From positions 61,630,001-61,694,000 of the forward strand of contig CM052816.1 of assembly GCA_028534125.1 (NCBI GenBank): a stretch of DNA of 64,000 nt. Direction: 5' to 3'. The notes below the pieces were generated by a model. The model was not told where the DNA came from. It was given only the letters and a program-made list of their open reading frames with translations, and ran no database searches. Each line of letters starts with the position of its first letter. Positions within the stretch are counted from its first letter, which is position 1. A program made the position numbers and the translations under genes. Below, one piece after another: positions 15,381 to 28,308 of the stretch. The stretch comes from Lama glama (lineage: Eukaryota).

Positions 15381-15594
15381 TAAGGCCATAGGGCTCTTTC
15401 TGTAAGACTGTTTGGTCTTTTCAGTGCCTGCTTGAATAATAGTTTTGGAACCAAACAACGCATGTGAGAGAAATGGCTCCAAAGTACCCATGAAAATGGA
15501 AAGAGAAAGTTCAATATAAGTGCATGTGTTCTAAAAGTTGTAAATTTCCTATAAAACTTACAATTTCTTCTTCAAAAAAGCCCCTAATATCTGA

Positions 15595-15906
<312 letters not shown>

Positions 15907-16169
15907 TAATTTAGCAAAAGAAACTTTGCTTTAATTATATTATATTCCGTTTGTTTTTAATCTCATGTAATTTGTACAGATTTGTTGGTAAAATACATCT
16001 TGGCACAATGAGTGTCTCTGCTGGTGCTTCTCCCAAGACTATCTTGAAGGTGGGCTGTTTGCTTTTCGTGAACACATTCTTGGTAAAGAACATCAAGAGT
16101 TTTAAATAAGAAAATGAGCAAGAATCAGACGGCACAGATGCAACGTCTTGTAATGGGGGATGAGAATGT

Positions 16170-16213
16170 ATGTCTGTGTGCTTGTGTGTTTGTGTTTGTG
16201 TGCTTGTGTGTTT
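16170..16213 (+). repeat. Imperfect TG-rich tract
   Basis: tgtctgtgtgcttgtgtgtttgtgtttgtgtgcttgtgtgttt. Confidence 0.85.
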
Positions 16214-16439
16214 CCCGCAATCCTATTCAAACTCCCTTCTCCAGCCATCAAAGTTAAGGGGCTATATACTGGGATACTACAATAATTACTGGTGTCTGGG
16301 TCTCTGAGTTAATGGTGTATGCAGACCCCATGATAGTCCCTCAGAGAGGTAGCTGTAGGCGGTGGTTGGTGATGTGTTGGTTGTCCCATGTGCGTTTTTC
16401 ATGGGTGCCTTTTCCCCACAATTTACTCTATTCCTAATC

Positions 16440-16458
16440 CTCCTCCCTCTAGTGGCCA
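16440..16458 (-). promoter_or_regulatory. CTCF-like motif
   Basis: Minus strand reads TGGCCACTAGAGGGAGGAG; the first 14 nt fit TGGCCACYAGRGGG and the distal positions deviate. Confidence 0.45.
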
Positions 16459-18099
16459 CCAATGCAATTCTTTACCTCTGGCTGGGAGAGCAGGACAGTT
16501 GGCTTCCTTCAAAGCCAACACCCTTGCTGCTGCATGGACTGGTGAGTAGAAGTGCTGTGCAAGCAGCATCTTCCTTCTCTCTGGAGACTAAATGCATCGC
16601 CTCCACCGTACACCTTGATCCCAATAGGCAAGGAAACAACTCTGTCCCTCAGGCCTAGGCTGGACTAGAGCACCTCACCATTCCAAAAGCAAAGATTAAA
16701 TTTTGAGTAGTGATATTTAGAATGGAAGAAATGGAACTAAAGTGAATCATCCCATTTTACTTCATATTGCCACGTTTTGCCTACTTTTCTTTTCTAAACT
16801 ACTCAGAGACATGATTTAACATGGACTTTATCCTATCTTGTCCTGTACTCACTAAGTCTCTAAACATTTCTGATTCTCAAGGCTTGAATCAGAGAAATTA
16901 TTTTCATGGAAATGATTATCAGATAATAGATTCAGTTCCTTTAGACTCATACAGAATTAAATCATGAATAAACTGCAACTCCAACTTCAGTAGTGAACAT
17001 TGTACAAAAGCAAAAACAAAAAAAGCAAATGAATAATAATAGTAATGTTTTCCTCTTGGTGAAATGTCATGAAACATGGTTATGCGTAATTTGTGGCATA
17101 TTTAAAAAGATCTCGAATTCCCATCCGTTTTTTGTGTGAAATGGCTGGTGATTTATAATGTAAAGTTTTTAAAACTATAGGGAATTAGTATTTCTTTTAA
17201 TTAAATAGAGGATATTTGAAATTAATTGTTCAAGTGAATGCCATTTTATTTTAGTGGCATTTATACATATATATATTTCTTTGTTCCAATTAAATTCCTT
17301 TTTATTTAATCTATAAATTAACTTTCCCCTTTTCACATACCAAAAAGAAGTTTTTATGATAATAATAAATACATAATTTGGGCCCTGAGGTAAGGTGGGA
17401 TAAACTTATTAAAGAAGAGTCAAAATAATTTAAAATTAATTTAAAATTAATCTTAGAAAATCTAATGAGGAAAGTTTAAATGTTGAGGTTGATTAGCTTG
17501 GAGAAGAGAAGGTTAAGGAATAGGAAACTGAATAGGAAATTCTTAGTGCCTGTTCATGTTTGTACTGAAATGTTTTATATTTGGGGGTGGTTTAGATACA
17601 GTCTTATCTGAAGCCAAGGAAGGATTAAGTGAATTCTCTATATTCCTTCTAACTCTATGGTTCTTTTGTTCAGAAAGGAGATAGTTCAAAAAAGAGCTTG
17701 GGAGGGAAAGGCCATGAGAGCTGAATTTAGAAGAAAAACTGATTTTATTAAAGTAAAGAAATATGAAAAAAATCTGAATGTGTGTTATTCTTTTCCATAA
17801 CACTTGTACTGAGAAATCATAATAGAAAAGTGATTTCTTATGATGGGGGTAAAACGCAAGAAAAAGAAGGAGATAGCAAAGCCCCTGGAAGGAAATTTTT
17901 CTCTTCTTTGTTATTTGTACTTCTTTCTTCTCTACTAGAGCTACTGATCCTAGATATTTGAAGTGGTTCTAGGAACCAGAATTCTGCTCAATTGTGAGTG
18001 ATTATGACAAGCCTTTATAAGGCTATTGCCTCTTTTGGAAGAGAGATGTACAATGTTTGAAAGGCGGCAGGTACGGGTGATGAGCTACCATTTCTCGGT

Positions 18100-18292
18100 G
18101 AGTGGGTCTCCAAGTGTGGTCCCCAGATCAGCAGCATCAGTGTCACCTGAGTATTTATTAGAAATGCTAATTTTTGGGCCCTATCTCAGACGTACTGAAT
18201 GGATGGATACTCTCTAGGTGGGGCCCAGCCACCTATGTTTTAACGAGCTCTCCAAGTGATTCTGAAGCTCACTCAAATTGATGTAGCACTGG
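18100..18292 (+). mobile_element. MER5A-like hAT-Charlie element
   Basis: aagtgtggtccccagatcagcagcatcagtgtcacctgag...ttagaaatgc...gttttaacgagctctccaagtgattctga. Confidence 0.8.
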
Positions 18293-18379
18293 TCTTGGAT
18301 GACAGAGAAATTGAAACCTAGCACCCTAGACACATAGAGTTCATATCCTCATCACTGAAGTCTGTGCATCTCTCTAGAC

Positions 18380-18450
18380 CCATTTTGCACCTAGAGCAAT
18401 GTCTGGAACATACCAGGCACTCAGTAAATGTTTATAGATAAGTGAATGAG
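18380..18450 (+). mobile_element. L2 3' end fragment
   Basis: cctagagcaatgtctggaacataccaggcactcagtaaatgtt...gtgaatga. Confidence 0.6.
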
Positions 18451-19698
18451 CAAAAGGAACTAATTATTTTGGCAATTATATAATCTGTGTTATTCTTTCC
18501 AGTGTGGAAAATTAGAGTTTAGAATTGCTATTTTTCTTATGAGGTGAGGCAAAGCAATTGCCAGGGAAAGACAGTATAATTCTGATTAGCATGCATAAGT
18601 AAAACCAAGTTCCTCTCTTTTGTTCTCTTTACCTTGAGTAGGTTGAAAGTATTTCCTAGGGTATAGTGATTAGATATCAGTTATTAGAGTTATTCTTCCT
18701 ATATGTACCCCCACTTTTTAATCCCAAGTTCTTTAAGTATAGAAAGCTTATGATTGAGGGAAATGAAATCCCTTAGGACTCAGGAATCTTGATCAAAGAG
18801 AGAACCAGAGTCATCTGCAGGTAATGTTAATGAAACTTCATCTACAGTTAAGGAATCTTTTAGGAAAAAGTCACTTCTTAGTTTTCACTCAGGAACTAAG
18901 GATGAATACTAACATGAGTTCTATACTCTAATCTTTGTAGGGTAGTGCTAGGTATCTTGAGGCTGCCAAAACTTTTAAAATGAAAAAAGAGAAAACAAGA
19001 AATCTCAAAGAACTTTCTATTGTAGTCTCAAGACTCCTCAGTGTTCTCGCCTATACTGTCCTGCGTGTGTCTTATTAATGGCAAGACCTTTGGACTTGGA
19101 GTTTGGGAGCAATGTTGATAGTTTTCTCTTATGAGATCTTTTAAGATAAGAAGTTTTGAGACTGTTTTTCTGTTGCTTAGCAGACCCAATGACAACTGCA
19201 AGGCTGTAGGAAACATTGCTGGTGATTCAGTCCGAGTAACGGTCTTTTCTCTGAGTCAGTGATGAAACACTTCCTTAGCCTGAATAAGAACATTGAGATG
19301 CTGTGGGGTGTTGTCTTCAGGATAAATGCGATTTTTAAGATACGGTTGTGACTTTTCCTCTGAAAGAAACCCAAGCCCAGTGAATTAAAACTTGACCATT
19401 TTCTAAACTATTGTTTCTTTATTGCTTATTCAGAGTGCTGTAGTCTCTATAATTTATCTGACTCCCAAATTTATATACTACCATTGTATTCATGATTAAT
19501 GTGTCAACTGATAAATCTTGGCTGGGTAGTGGGAATTGTATTATTTTAAAATACAAAGCTTTAGAAGCTTTCTTTTTAAGTGGTAATTTATGCTGGTGTG
19601 CCTTTGCACTATGACTTTTAAAGATTTAAATAGTAAGTAATGTATATTCATCCTTTGATTTTAGTCATACATCTCTTTTTACTGATGTTTGGCTAGAT

Positions 19699-19886
19699 GT
19701 GTGGTTTTCAAGTTTTAGCATGCATAGGAATCACCTGGAGGGTTTGTTCAAGCAAGATTGATAGGTTCTGCTGCTAGTTTCTGATTTAGTAGATCTGAGG
19801 TAGATTCCAAGAATTTGCATTTCTAACAAGTTTCTAAGTGGTGCTGGTGATACTGATTCAGAAACCATACTTCTAGAAACATTGGG
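19699..19886 (-). mobile_element. MER5A-like element, opposite orientation to the copy at 18100
   Basis: gaatcacctggagggtttgtt...aagaatttgcatttctaacaagtt...ccatactt. Confidence 0.75.
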
Positions 19887-20354
19887 CTGGACACTTGGAT
19901 TTTATAAAGCAAATGTCTTTTAAAACAAAGTGGCAAATCTTTTAGGTGATAATCCATATTACAGGTGTAATCCACATTACAGCTAGTCTTTTTAATGATA
20001 AATGGTTCTATTGCTCAGCTATGTTATAACAAATAAAATTTTACAGCTTATGAAACATTCTTTGGTACCCTGTTTCATTTGCTCATTCTCAGAAGCACCA
20101 TGAGATAGGCATTGCTATTGTTATTCCTGTTTTACAGGTAAAACTCAAATGAAGTTAACTTGCTGAAATCAAGACTTAAAAATCTAGTGATTTTTCTAAT
20201 GTAGCATTTTCTCTTATATTAAAAGTTGTCCTTTATCTTGGACAGAGCTTTTTCATCAGTCGTTATCCTCAATAGAGCAACATGATATATCCCCACTCAA
20301 GAATTTCTTCTTTACTACCTTGAAATTTCACTTTTTCAAATGCTTTCCCTAAAG

Positions 20355-20533
20355 CAGTGGTTCTCAGCGTTGGCTACATATTGGAATCACCTGGGAAATT
20401 TTAAGCAGTTTTGATGCTTGGGCCCGCCCCGCCAGAGATTCTGATTTAATTGCTTTATAGTATGGCCTGAGCATCAGATTTTTAAAAGCTCCCTAGGTAA
20501 TTCTAATGTACAGCCAAGGTTGAGAAGTATTGT
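20355..20533. mobile_element. MER5-family (MER5A1/MER5B-like) element
   Basis: cagtggttctca...gaatcacctggga...agagattctgatttaattg...aaaagctccctaggtaattctaatgtacagccaaggttgagaa; TIR-like ends. Confidence 0.75.
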
Positions 20534-20893
20534 CTTTGAGGCTGATTGAAAAGTTTATTTAGTCCTCAAGTAAATTTACATTCAGATGCAAATATCTCTG
20601 AGAACTCAAATCTCTGTTATTAACCGGCTACAAGTTGAATGCAAAGGTCACTGAGATTTAGGTATATGTATCTGGCGTGGGGAAGTAGCTAGGGACATCA
20701 GAGAAGGGAATGAAAAACGTGGTAGAATACCAATTAATTTCATAATTTTGTTTAGTGTGGCCATTGACCTTGGACATGCCTTTAGAAAACTTTTATTGTA
20801 GTTTAGTTTATTTACATGCTTTTTTCTTTACCTAATGGATCATTTATAAGCATCTAATTAATACTTTTAAAACTGGCTGAAATTGTGCTAAGT

Positions 20894-20926
20894 AACAGTT
20901 CTTGGCCTTTTGGCTAAGATCAAGTG
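20894..20926 (+). pseudogene. 3'-truncated (tailless) U2 snRNA retropseudogene, U2 nt 1-33
   Basis: AACAGTTCTTGGCCTTTTGGCTAAGATCAAGTG versus U2 5' end ATCGCTTCTCGGCCTTTTGGCTAAGATCAAGTG (29/33, last 23 nt exact); flanked by TGAAATTGTG(C/T)TAA repeats. Confidence 0.85.
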
Positions 20927-22169
20927 AAATTGTGTTAACAGATTTTCCAAACTTTCTTCTAATTTCAAGTTTCTGTGGTAATTAGGAAGCTAAAATGAAT
21001 AAGTGGTTATATACTCAACCAACTTTAATTTAGACCCACAAGTCAGAATATAAGAGGCATATGGCCCCTGTTTTTAACTCAACATTTATAAAAAACTGAT
21101 AACAAACTTTTTTGTCTTTGTGGCATATAGTTCTAATCAGAGAAGGCCTTTTATTGCTTTAGGAAATGGTTGTTTTTGTTAGAGAATGAATCTTTGCAAA
21201 GTGCACATTCATGATAATTTCCTACCCTATCTTTCTGGATGTGCTCTCATTTCCCACTATTCAAACCATTCCCTTTCCACCTTCACCATCCCCCTAACTC
21301 CTCCTCTTATTTAATACAACCCTTAGACCTAAAGCAAAAGCTTCTGAAGTCAATTAACTGGGAGTTGACACTGTACTGTTACATCTGTTCTGTTACAAAA
21401 GAAACTTTAAGGATGCTTTAGTTGTGCAAAGGAAGGTCAGAAATACATACGGATGTTGCATATATTCATTCTCTAAACATACAGTCTTTGTCCTGCAGTC
21501 GAGTCTACTGACACTTCTGATTACTTTCTTCACATTGTTCTTTCTAGGTTTTTCTTTCTTCCTCTTTGTGTAGAAGTACACAAATTGCATACCAATTTGG
21601 TCAGGTTTCTACTGACTGAGGCATCTTTTTGCTAAACATTCATTGCTTGGCAACTCAGAAAAAGAAAGATAAGCTAAAGCTATGATAAGATGGAGGACTA
21701 GGAAGGGGAGACATGTTTATTTTTAGAGGCAATTTTTATTTTGTTTGAAGATCAGAAAGGATAGATTTTTCTTATATGTACTATGGAGTGTTTCAGGAAT
21801 GTTTCTGATCAATTGTCTTTGACAATTTAAAATGTTATCATTACCTTTTCTCTTACATTTACATACCTTAATTAATTTTTGTTGTATGTTTGATGCCTAA
21901 ACATGTATATGGATGCTTATTTTATTTGTTTTTCATTTTCTTCCCTGGATGTCACCTTAAGCCTAATGTGTGTGTGAATGTGTGTGAATAGTATATGAAC
22001 TTGAAAGATATTCTATGCTTTTGTTCTAACTAGGACACATTCTTTTTATTTTACTTTTTGTGATTTCACTTAGTTCACCTGGATTCTTATACAAATTGGA
22101 ACTGATTTCTACTCTTTAAGATATTTAAGATACTTTGTATAGTTTCCGACTAGTATTTTGTATTTTCCT

Positions 22170-22436
22170 GATTTACGGCCATATATTTCACACTGCACCG
22201 CGGTACCCCAGGACACTGCAGCAGATTCACAGAGGTGCTGCAGACTACTGTGTGTTTCCAGTGGAAACACAGTGACACAGGTCATGCACCACACATAGTA
22301 TTGCTATTGATTTGTTTGAACCTAACTACTTAATAAATGAAACTCTTAGATTTTTTTTTTTCTGCCTGGGAGGGCTCTGAAAAAATTACTGAGATACTAA
22401 GGGTGCTATGAAGCCAGAAAGCTTGAGAACTCTTGA
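22170..22436. mobile_element. Possible old hAT-Charlie-type DNA transposon remnant
   Basis: The end gggtgctatgaagccagaaagcttgagaactcttg resembles Charlie termini; family not assigned. Confidence 0.3.
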
Positions 22437-22731
22437 TTTAGGGTAAAATAAGTATCAATAAAGTTGGATAAAAACTAGTAACCTCACTTTCTTACAGTAG
22501 ATGGTGAATTCTATTTCATAAGAGGGGGAAAATGCATGTAAATTTCTTACTCAGAGTCCTGGTGTTGTTCAGAGTTTAAAAATGGAGACTCTTCCGCACT
22601 TCTATTAAGAAGCTAGAGGTTTTGAGGAATATATACATTTTTCCTTCATATCTGTATTAAGCATTTCTTCTAGACATGCTCTCGTGAGTTCCTGTCTCAG
22701 TTCAGTTTCAGGTTAGTGGGTGATTAAAGCG

Positions 22732-22774
22732 AAAAAAGAAAGAAAAAGAAGAAGAAAGGAAAAAGAAAAAGAAG
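22732..22774 (+). repeat. Polypurine (A/G) low-complexity tract
   Basis: gaaaaaagaaagaaaaagaagaagaaaggaaaaagaaaaagaag. Confidence 0.85.
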
Positions 22775-25700
22775 CTATATATTTAAAAGAGCCCCTGATA
22801 GCAAATATTTCCTTAAAGTTTACCGCCTAGCAAGTTAATGTAATAGCCCACACTATTCCATTTACTAATAATAGAGTTTAAAATTATTTAGTGAATCTAT
22901 CATGTAAATTACCTAGTCCCTTTAAAAAGTAGGATATTTTTACATTATTTCTATGGAAATATTATATGTTAATGTCATATATTTCATTGTTTTCAGGAAT
23001 GATACAACACAGCCATAATGTGTACTTAAATGTACAGTAAGTGCATTCTAAAATAACAATTAAAAAATAATTATTAGAAAAATATAATGGGATCTTTAGG
23101 CCAGTACTAAAATCTGGCTGAAAGAGAACAGTTCTCAAGGTACTAGATAAAACAGAGGCAAATGCTTTACACTTTTCCCAGGTCTCTCTTTAATTTCTAT
23201 GCTAATTCTAACATGTTTAACATATTAAACATTACTAATAATGGTCATTTCACATTATTAGTGGCCTAACAGAATGTTAAATAAGGATTTTGAGATTTGA
23301 CTGTTACAGGTATAATAACAATAGTAATGACTCGCACTTGTATTGTAGCTTATGAAGGACATATACACTGTAACTTGGACAGAAACTCAAAGTGAAGGAG
23401 TCTCAAAATTGAGCCGAGGAAAACAAAATCTGGTTGTTTTTTGAGATTAAAAATAGACTTGATTAAAATTAAGTGTGAAGGATGTTAATAAGTCAGATTT
23501 TATAATTCTTTGCTTTTCTTTGATTTAGGAATTACCATCCAAATGTTACTCTCAGAGTTAAGTAAATGCCAGTTGATAACAATTGGAAATTTTAGTTTGA
23601 ATAATTAAAAGCCCTTTAGCCATTGCCAATTCTTTCCCTTTGACGAAATACTGTTTTTAAGAAAAATTCCCTATAACAGATATTTTCTGTGTGAGGTTGC
23701 ACGATGTACTATTGTTTAAAGCTGTAGGCATCCTTTTACTTTGATTCCTGTTATATACCAAACTTATCACTGTGATATCACTGATCACTGTGATATTTTT
23801 ACTGATACAAGTCCTTTGTAAAAAGTGACTTGAGTTTACAAGGAATGAAGATTCATATTCAGCTTTGTTTGTTATTCCTTAATCTCTCTTTGGCCTTTGA
23901 AAAATAAAATATTTGTAAGACTAGCAATAGTCTGTCATTGCATTGACCGTGGCATTCCCTTATTCACTCTCTCCCACCATCCCCTTCTTCAGCTCATTTT
24001 CAGTGTTGGGAAAGAAGAGCACCTTTAACATAAGGGATTAGTTGTACCAGGCATCACAGCAGGGCACCTGTGAACATCACAGCTCCCAAAAGCATATGCT
24101 GTGTACCCATCAGTTGCACCTGACTCAGTTCTCAGATAATATGCCCTTGAGAGGAATAACTCCTCTAGGTAAACTCATGCTCTTGGCTGGTTCACACTTC
24201 TGGAAGTTATTCTTTTATTTGTCTCTAATAATTATTTTTGTTTATTTTTTCCTTAAGTATATGGCTTCCTGTATAGAATATACTTTAAAAAAATTCTTTG
24301 AATTGTCCTGTATATTTTCAATATACTTTAAGCTTTCTAACTTCTTGTAAAAAAATCTTACATATAAAAGTTTAGTTTGATATTCTGACATTTTTTATGG
24401 TTACCCCCTGCATATTGTGGCTTAAGTTTTCTCTAATGTTAAGGTATGTAACTGAAGGCAAAAAATCTCTGCTAACCCAAAACATTCCTCCTAATGCTAT
24501 TCTCCTTTCTCTCTCATTTTATTTCTATTGCTTTAGAGATTATATTCTTCCCTAACATAAATAGGGCCTAGGTTCATTTTCACTCACTGAAAAGCCTGGG
24601 TAGAATTTTGATGCATTCCAATTGTAGTAATGATCTGTGTGTCACAGGTCATGTTCCACTTCCTGAAACTTTTGTCCTAAATCTCGTTTTTGGCAGTCAA
24701 TAGCATTATGCACCTTTACAAGATATTATGCATAACATACTTTTGGAAAAAATAAAATCTCATAATGATAAGCAATATCATCCCAATTTTATAGGACCTT
24801 TTGATATTACTATTCCCTGTTTTTACCTAAACAAAATGAATGTTTTAGCTTAAAAACTATAGACCTTGTTTATGATTGTGTCCTTGTTACTCTTTGGTTC
24901 CAAGAAAAAGGATTTTATATATAATTAAAGAAAAGCTTCTTTATTAGTAATAAGTCCATCGTGATATGTGGAAGAAGATCAAGAACTCCTTGTACTCCAA
25001 CATCATTCCTCTAAAATTTTTAATGAAATAATCCAAAACAAGTAAGCTCCTACTTCCTAAGTTCATGGAAATTCTTTTTTAGTATAATATGAGTTAATTC
25101 TTTGTATTAGGAAACTTGCCTCTCACAAATTCCTATTTCCACTTAGTGTTTTGCCTTTTGACATGTCTAACGCTTTTGATATGTACCTCACACTGGTAAG
25201 AACTGAGGCACTGAAATAAGACTACAAAACCTAATGAAATCTAACAAATGCCTGTTTTCCAGACTTACTATTTTGTAGAGTACAAAGGCAAAGCAGACAG
25301 AGGAGGGGAAAAATGAACACTTGAATGCTGAAGGAAGAAAAGACAACTTTCACAGAATTTTCAATCTGGAAGAAACAATTAGAAATCATCTAATTTGATT
25401 GTCTCATTTTACAAAAGAGAATGAAAGCTTGCCTTTACCTAACTGCCTAGAATTCAAAAAAAGTTAACGAAACATGGCAGAAGTTGGAGTGAGAAAAGAA
25501 CATAGTAACAAGATAAAGTGAAAGGGAATGACATCATAGACTTTTGGCTATGAAAAGAGTTCTTAAGATCCATGAAGATCAAGGAAAGAGAAATCAGACA
25601 GAAACATAACAAAATGGAGGAACTATAAAATTAAAAATATTAGATCTGAAAATGCATTATTTTATTAGGTAAGGTAGCTTCTATAATATAACTATAATGG

Positions 25701-28308
25701 TACTTGCCTTATCCCCTCCCCCCATTTTAATGTAATCTCATTGAGGTCAAGTCTGTCTCACTCATTTTCACCCTTATGATAACAAAAACCCATGGCTTAG
25801 ACATAGTAGGAATTCAATGAGTCAAATTAAGTTAGACACTTTCCATGGAAGAGATTACTGTTAATATATAATGAGTAGTACGAATTCCCTCCAGGAATAG
25901 TGTGATTTTGAATAAACACAGTATATGTATGCTCCACCCTACTTTACCATCACTAAACACAGTTGCTCTAGAAAAATAAATATTTTTAAAGCTTCTTTCC
26001 TTTTCTTAATCCTGCTTCCTTGGGACACTTAATTTTACTTCAGACAGAAGGGAAGACACTGGAAAGACAGAGAAAGAAAGCCATTAGAAGATAAAAAACT
26101 AGCAGGAGTCTCTTCAGAAAAAGGAAGCATATGGGTGGAGCTGACTGGTACCCTGATGCCAGCTGTTAGATCCAAGGCAGATGGGCTTTGCTCTGCCCTA
26201 CAAGTGCTTATGTCTGGCCAATAATCACACAGCACAGCAGCCAGATTCCAGCCATGAAAGGCAGAGCAGAGAGACATTTTTTTTTCCTGGCATTTGTTGT
26301 TCTCTGGATGCTATCTGTACTGAAGATTTAGATTAAATTAATATTGTTGGCCATATGCTCTGTATACTGTGGTTATAGAGCATTGTCTTGGTTGCTAACT
26401 ACTTTGGATGCTGTGGTTAAGCAAATTGTTGCCCTAGCCACCGACCATATTTTTACTATCAGCTCTGACTTACTAACTTTTTCTCCCCTCTTCTTCAGAA
26501 GACTATTTCTTGAGTAGATATGATGTGCTTTGCTCCTAGGTTAAATTATCTAGATGTTAATAGCCCACCAATCCCAAAGTTACATTTTCCTCTCTTTCTT
26601 TCCCTTACTGACTCGCTCATATGTGGTTAAAACTGCTCACTTACCAACTGAATAGTCTAGGGCTGAAATGCTGGATCTTATGAGTAGATTTGGGAAGACT
26701 TAGATGGACTTCCTCATGCACCTAACCTCTCCCACATCCCTCTTGGTTTATACATATTACTCTTTCAAGTGAAATTCAGGTGGTAATTTCTGTGCATCTG
26801 GTGCCCTTTCTCTACTTTTAAAATGGTGAACTGCCCTAAGAAAAGTGATAAATTACTAAATATTATTACACATGGATTTATAAAATGATGCTGTTATATG
26901 AAAGAAAAGAAGTGAGACATAGAGGAGGAACTGAAAAGGAGGCAAGAAATGAAGAGGAGTTATGATCTCTGAAGTCTTCACTCATGACTGATCCTAGGAC
27001 TGCAGCTAACACACAAAAGACGCTCTATTCTTGAACCATCATCACCCTTTCCTAGAGTAAGCACAGCATATGAGGGATTCCACACAGGACTCACTTGCAG
27101 CTTGGTGGACTTCTTGCTCATTTTCTTATGGAATATGCTATTTCAAAATACTAAAAGCCATTGCTTCAGATGTGGCTAGAGTAAGTGTTTCAAGTTAGAT
27201 ATTCCTCCCAGTGGACAGCAGAACCTTTGGTGGGCAAATAGATCATCTGTAACTTTTAACTATTGGAAAAATTTAACATAAGACCTCACAAATTTAAACT
27301 TCCAGGCTAAAAATAAGGGTTATGTTTCCATGTTAAGAATCATCAGATTTGATGAATAAACAATAAAAGCTTCTAAACAGGATAGTTTAAAAGTAAATTT
27401 ATATTGGTGATTTAAATATTTAAAGTAAATATATATTGGTGATAGCATTTTTTTCTTTAGTTTTATAATATAAAACCATTCATTTTTTTAAACATGGAAG
27501 TGAGTTTGTATTTAAAAACAGAATACATATAGAATTTACATCCCATTAACTTTAGGTGTTTAAGAATAAAATATAATTTTAAATTTGACCAATTAAATTC
27601 TCCTGAACATTTGTATATCTCCACGGGATATGGATGCTGAACCACCAGAATTTTGTTTTTGATTAGCTGTGTACTGAAAGGTCATGTGGACGTTTTATAT
27701 TTGGGGTTATAAGCTGTAAGTCTTCAGATTTGAAAACATAGTGGCTTTGTGTAACTGGATGTAATTATTCCCAACAGGGTTTAAATCAACTTCTTAGCAG
27801 TGTTTTACAGATTACTTTAAAAGAAGCTATGTACAAGAGGCTTGGTCATATAAGAAGATTCTAAACTAAATCATTTCTCTTGTTGATTTAGTTTAGATTA
27901 TTTCCAGTTGATCTGTATTTTCTAATTTCTAAAGCTAAGAGCTGTATTTTCCTTAATCCAAAAGTATGTGTTGAAAAATTCATCCAATTAGGTGCACTGG
28001 TTTAGACAGTTATTCTCTTGCTACTGACTTTTAAAGAAAAAAAAAATCTGTAAACCTGCTAAGAGTGGGAGTAAAAGTTGGAAGGAGATTTGTATGCTGT
28101 TGAAGGAAGATAATCCAGCGTTTAGGAAGATTTGGAATAGATTACCAGCATAGTCAGTTCTTGAGTGTGAAATATACCACACTGTATAATGTAACATTTT
28201 AGAGGAAAATTAATAAAAGATGAATGCAAGCAAAATGCATCTCCATAAAATTATTTCAGCTGTTTATTCAAAGACTTGATTTCTTCTTCATTAAAAAATT
28301 GCATTCTA

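Noticed and set aside
20894..20926. Functional U2 snRNA gene
   Set aside because: Only the first 33 nt are present, with mutations, no Sm site and flanking direct repeats
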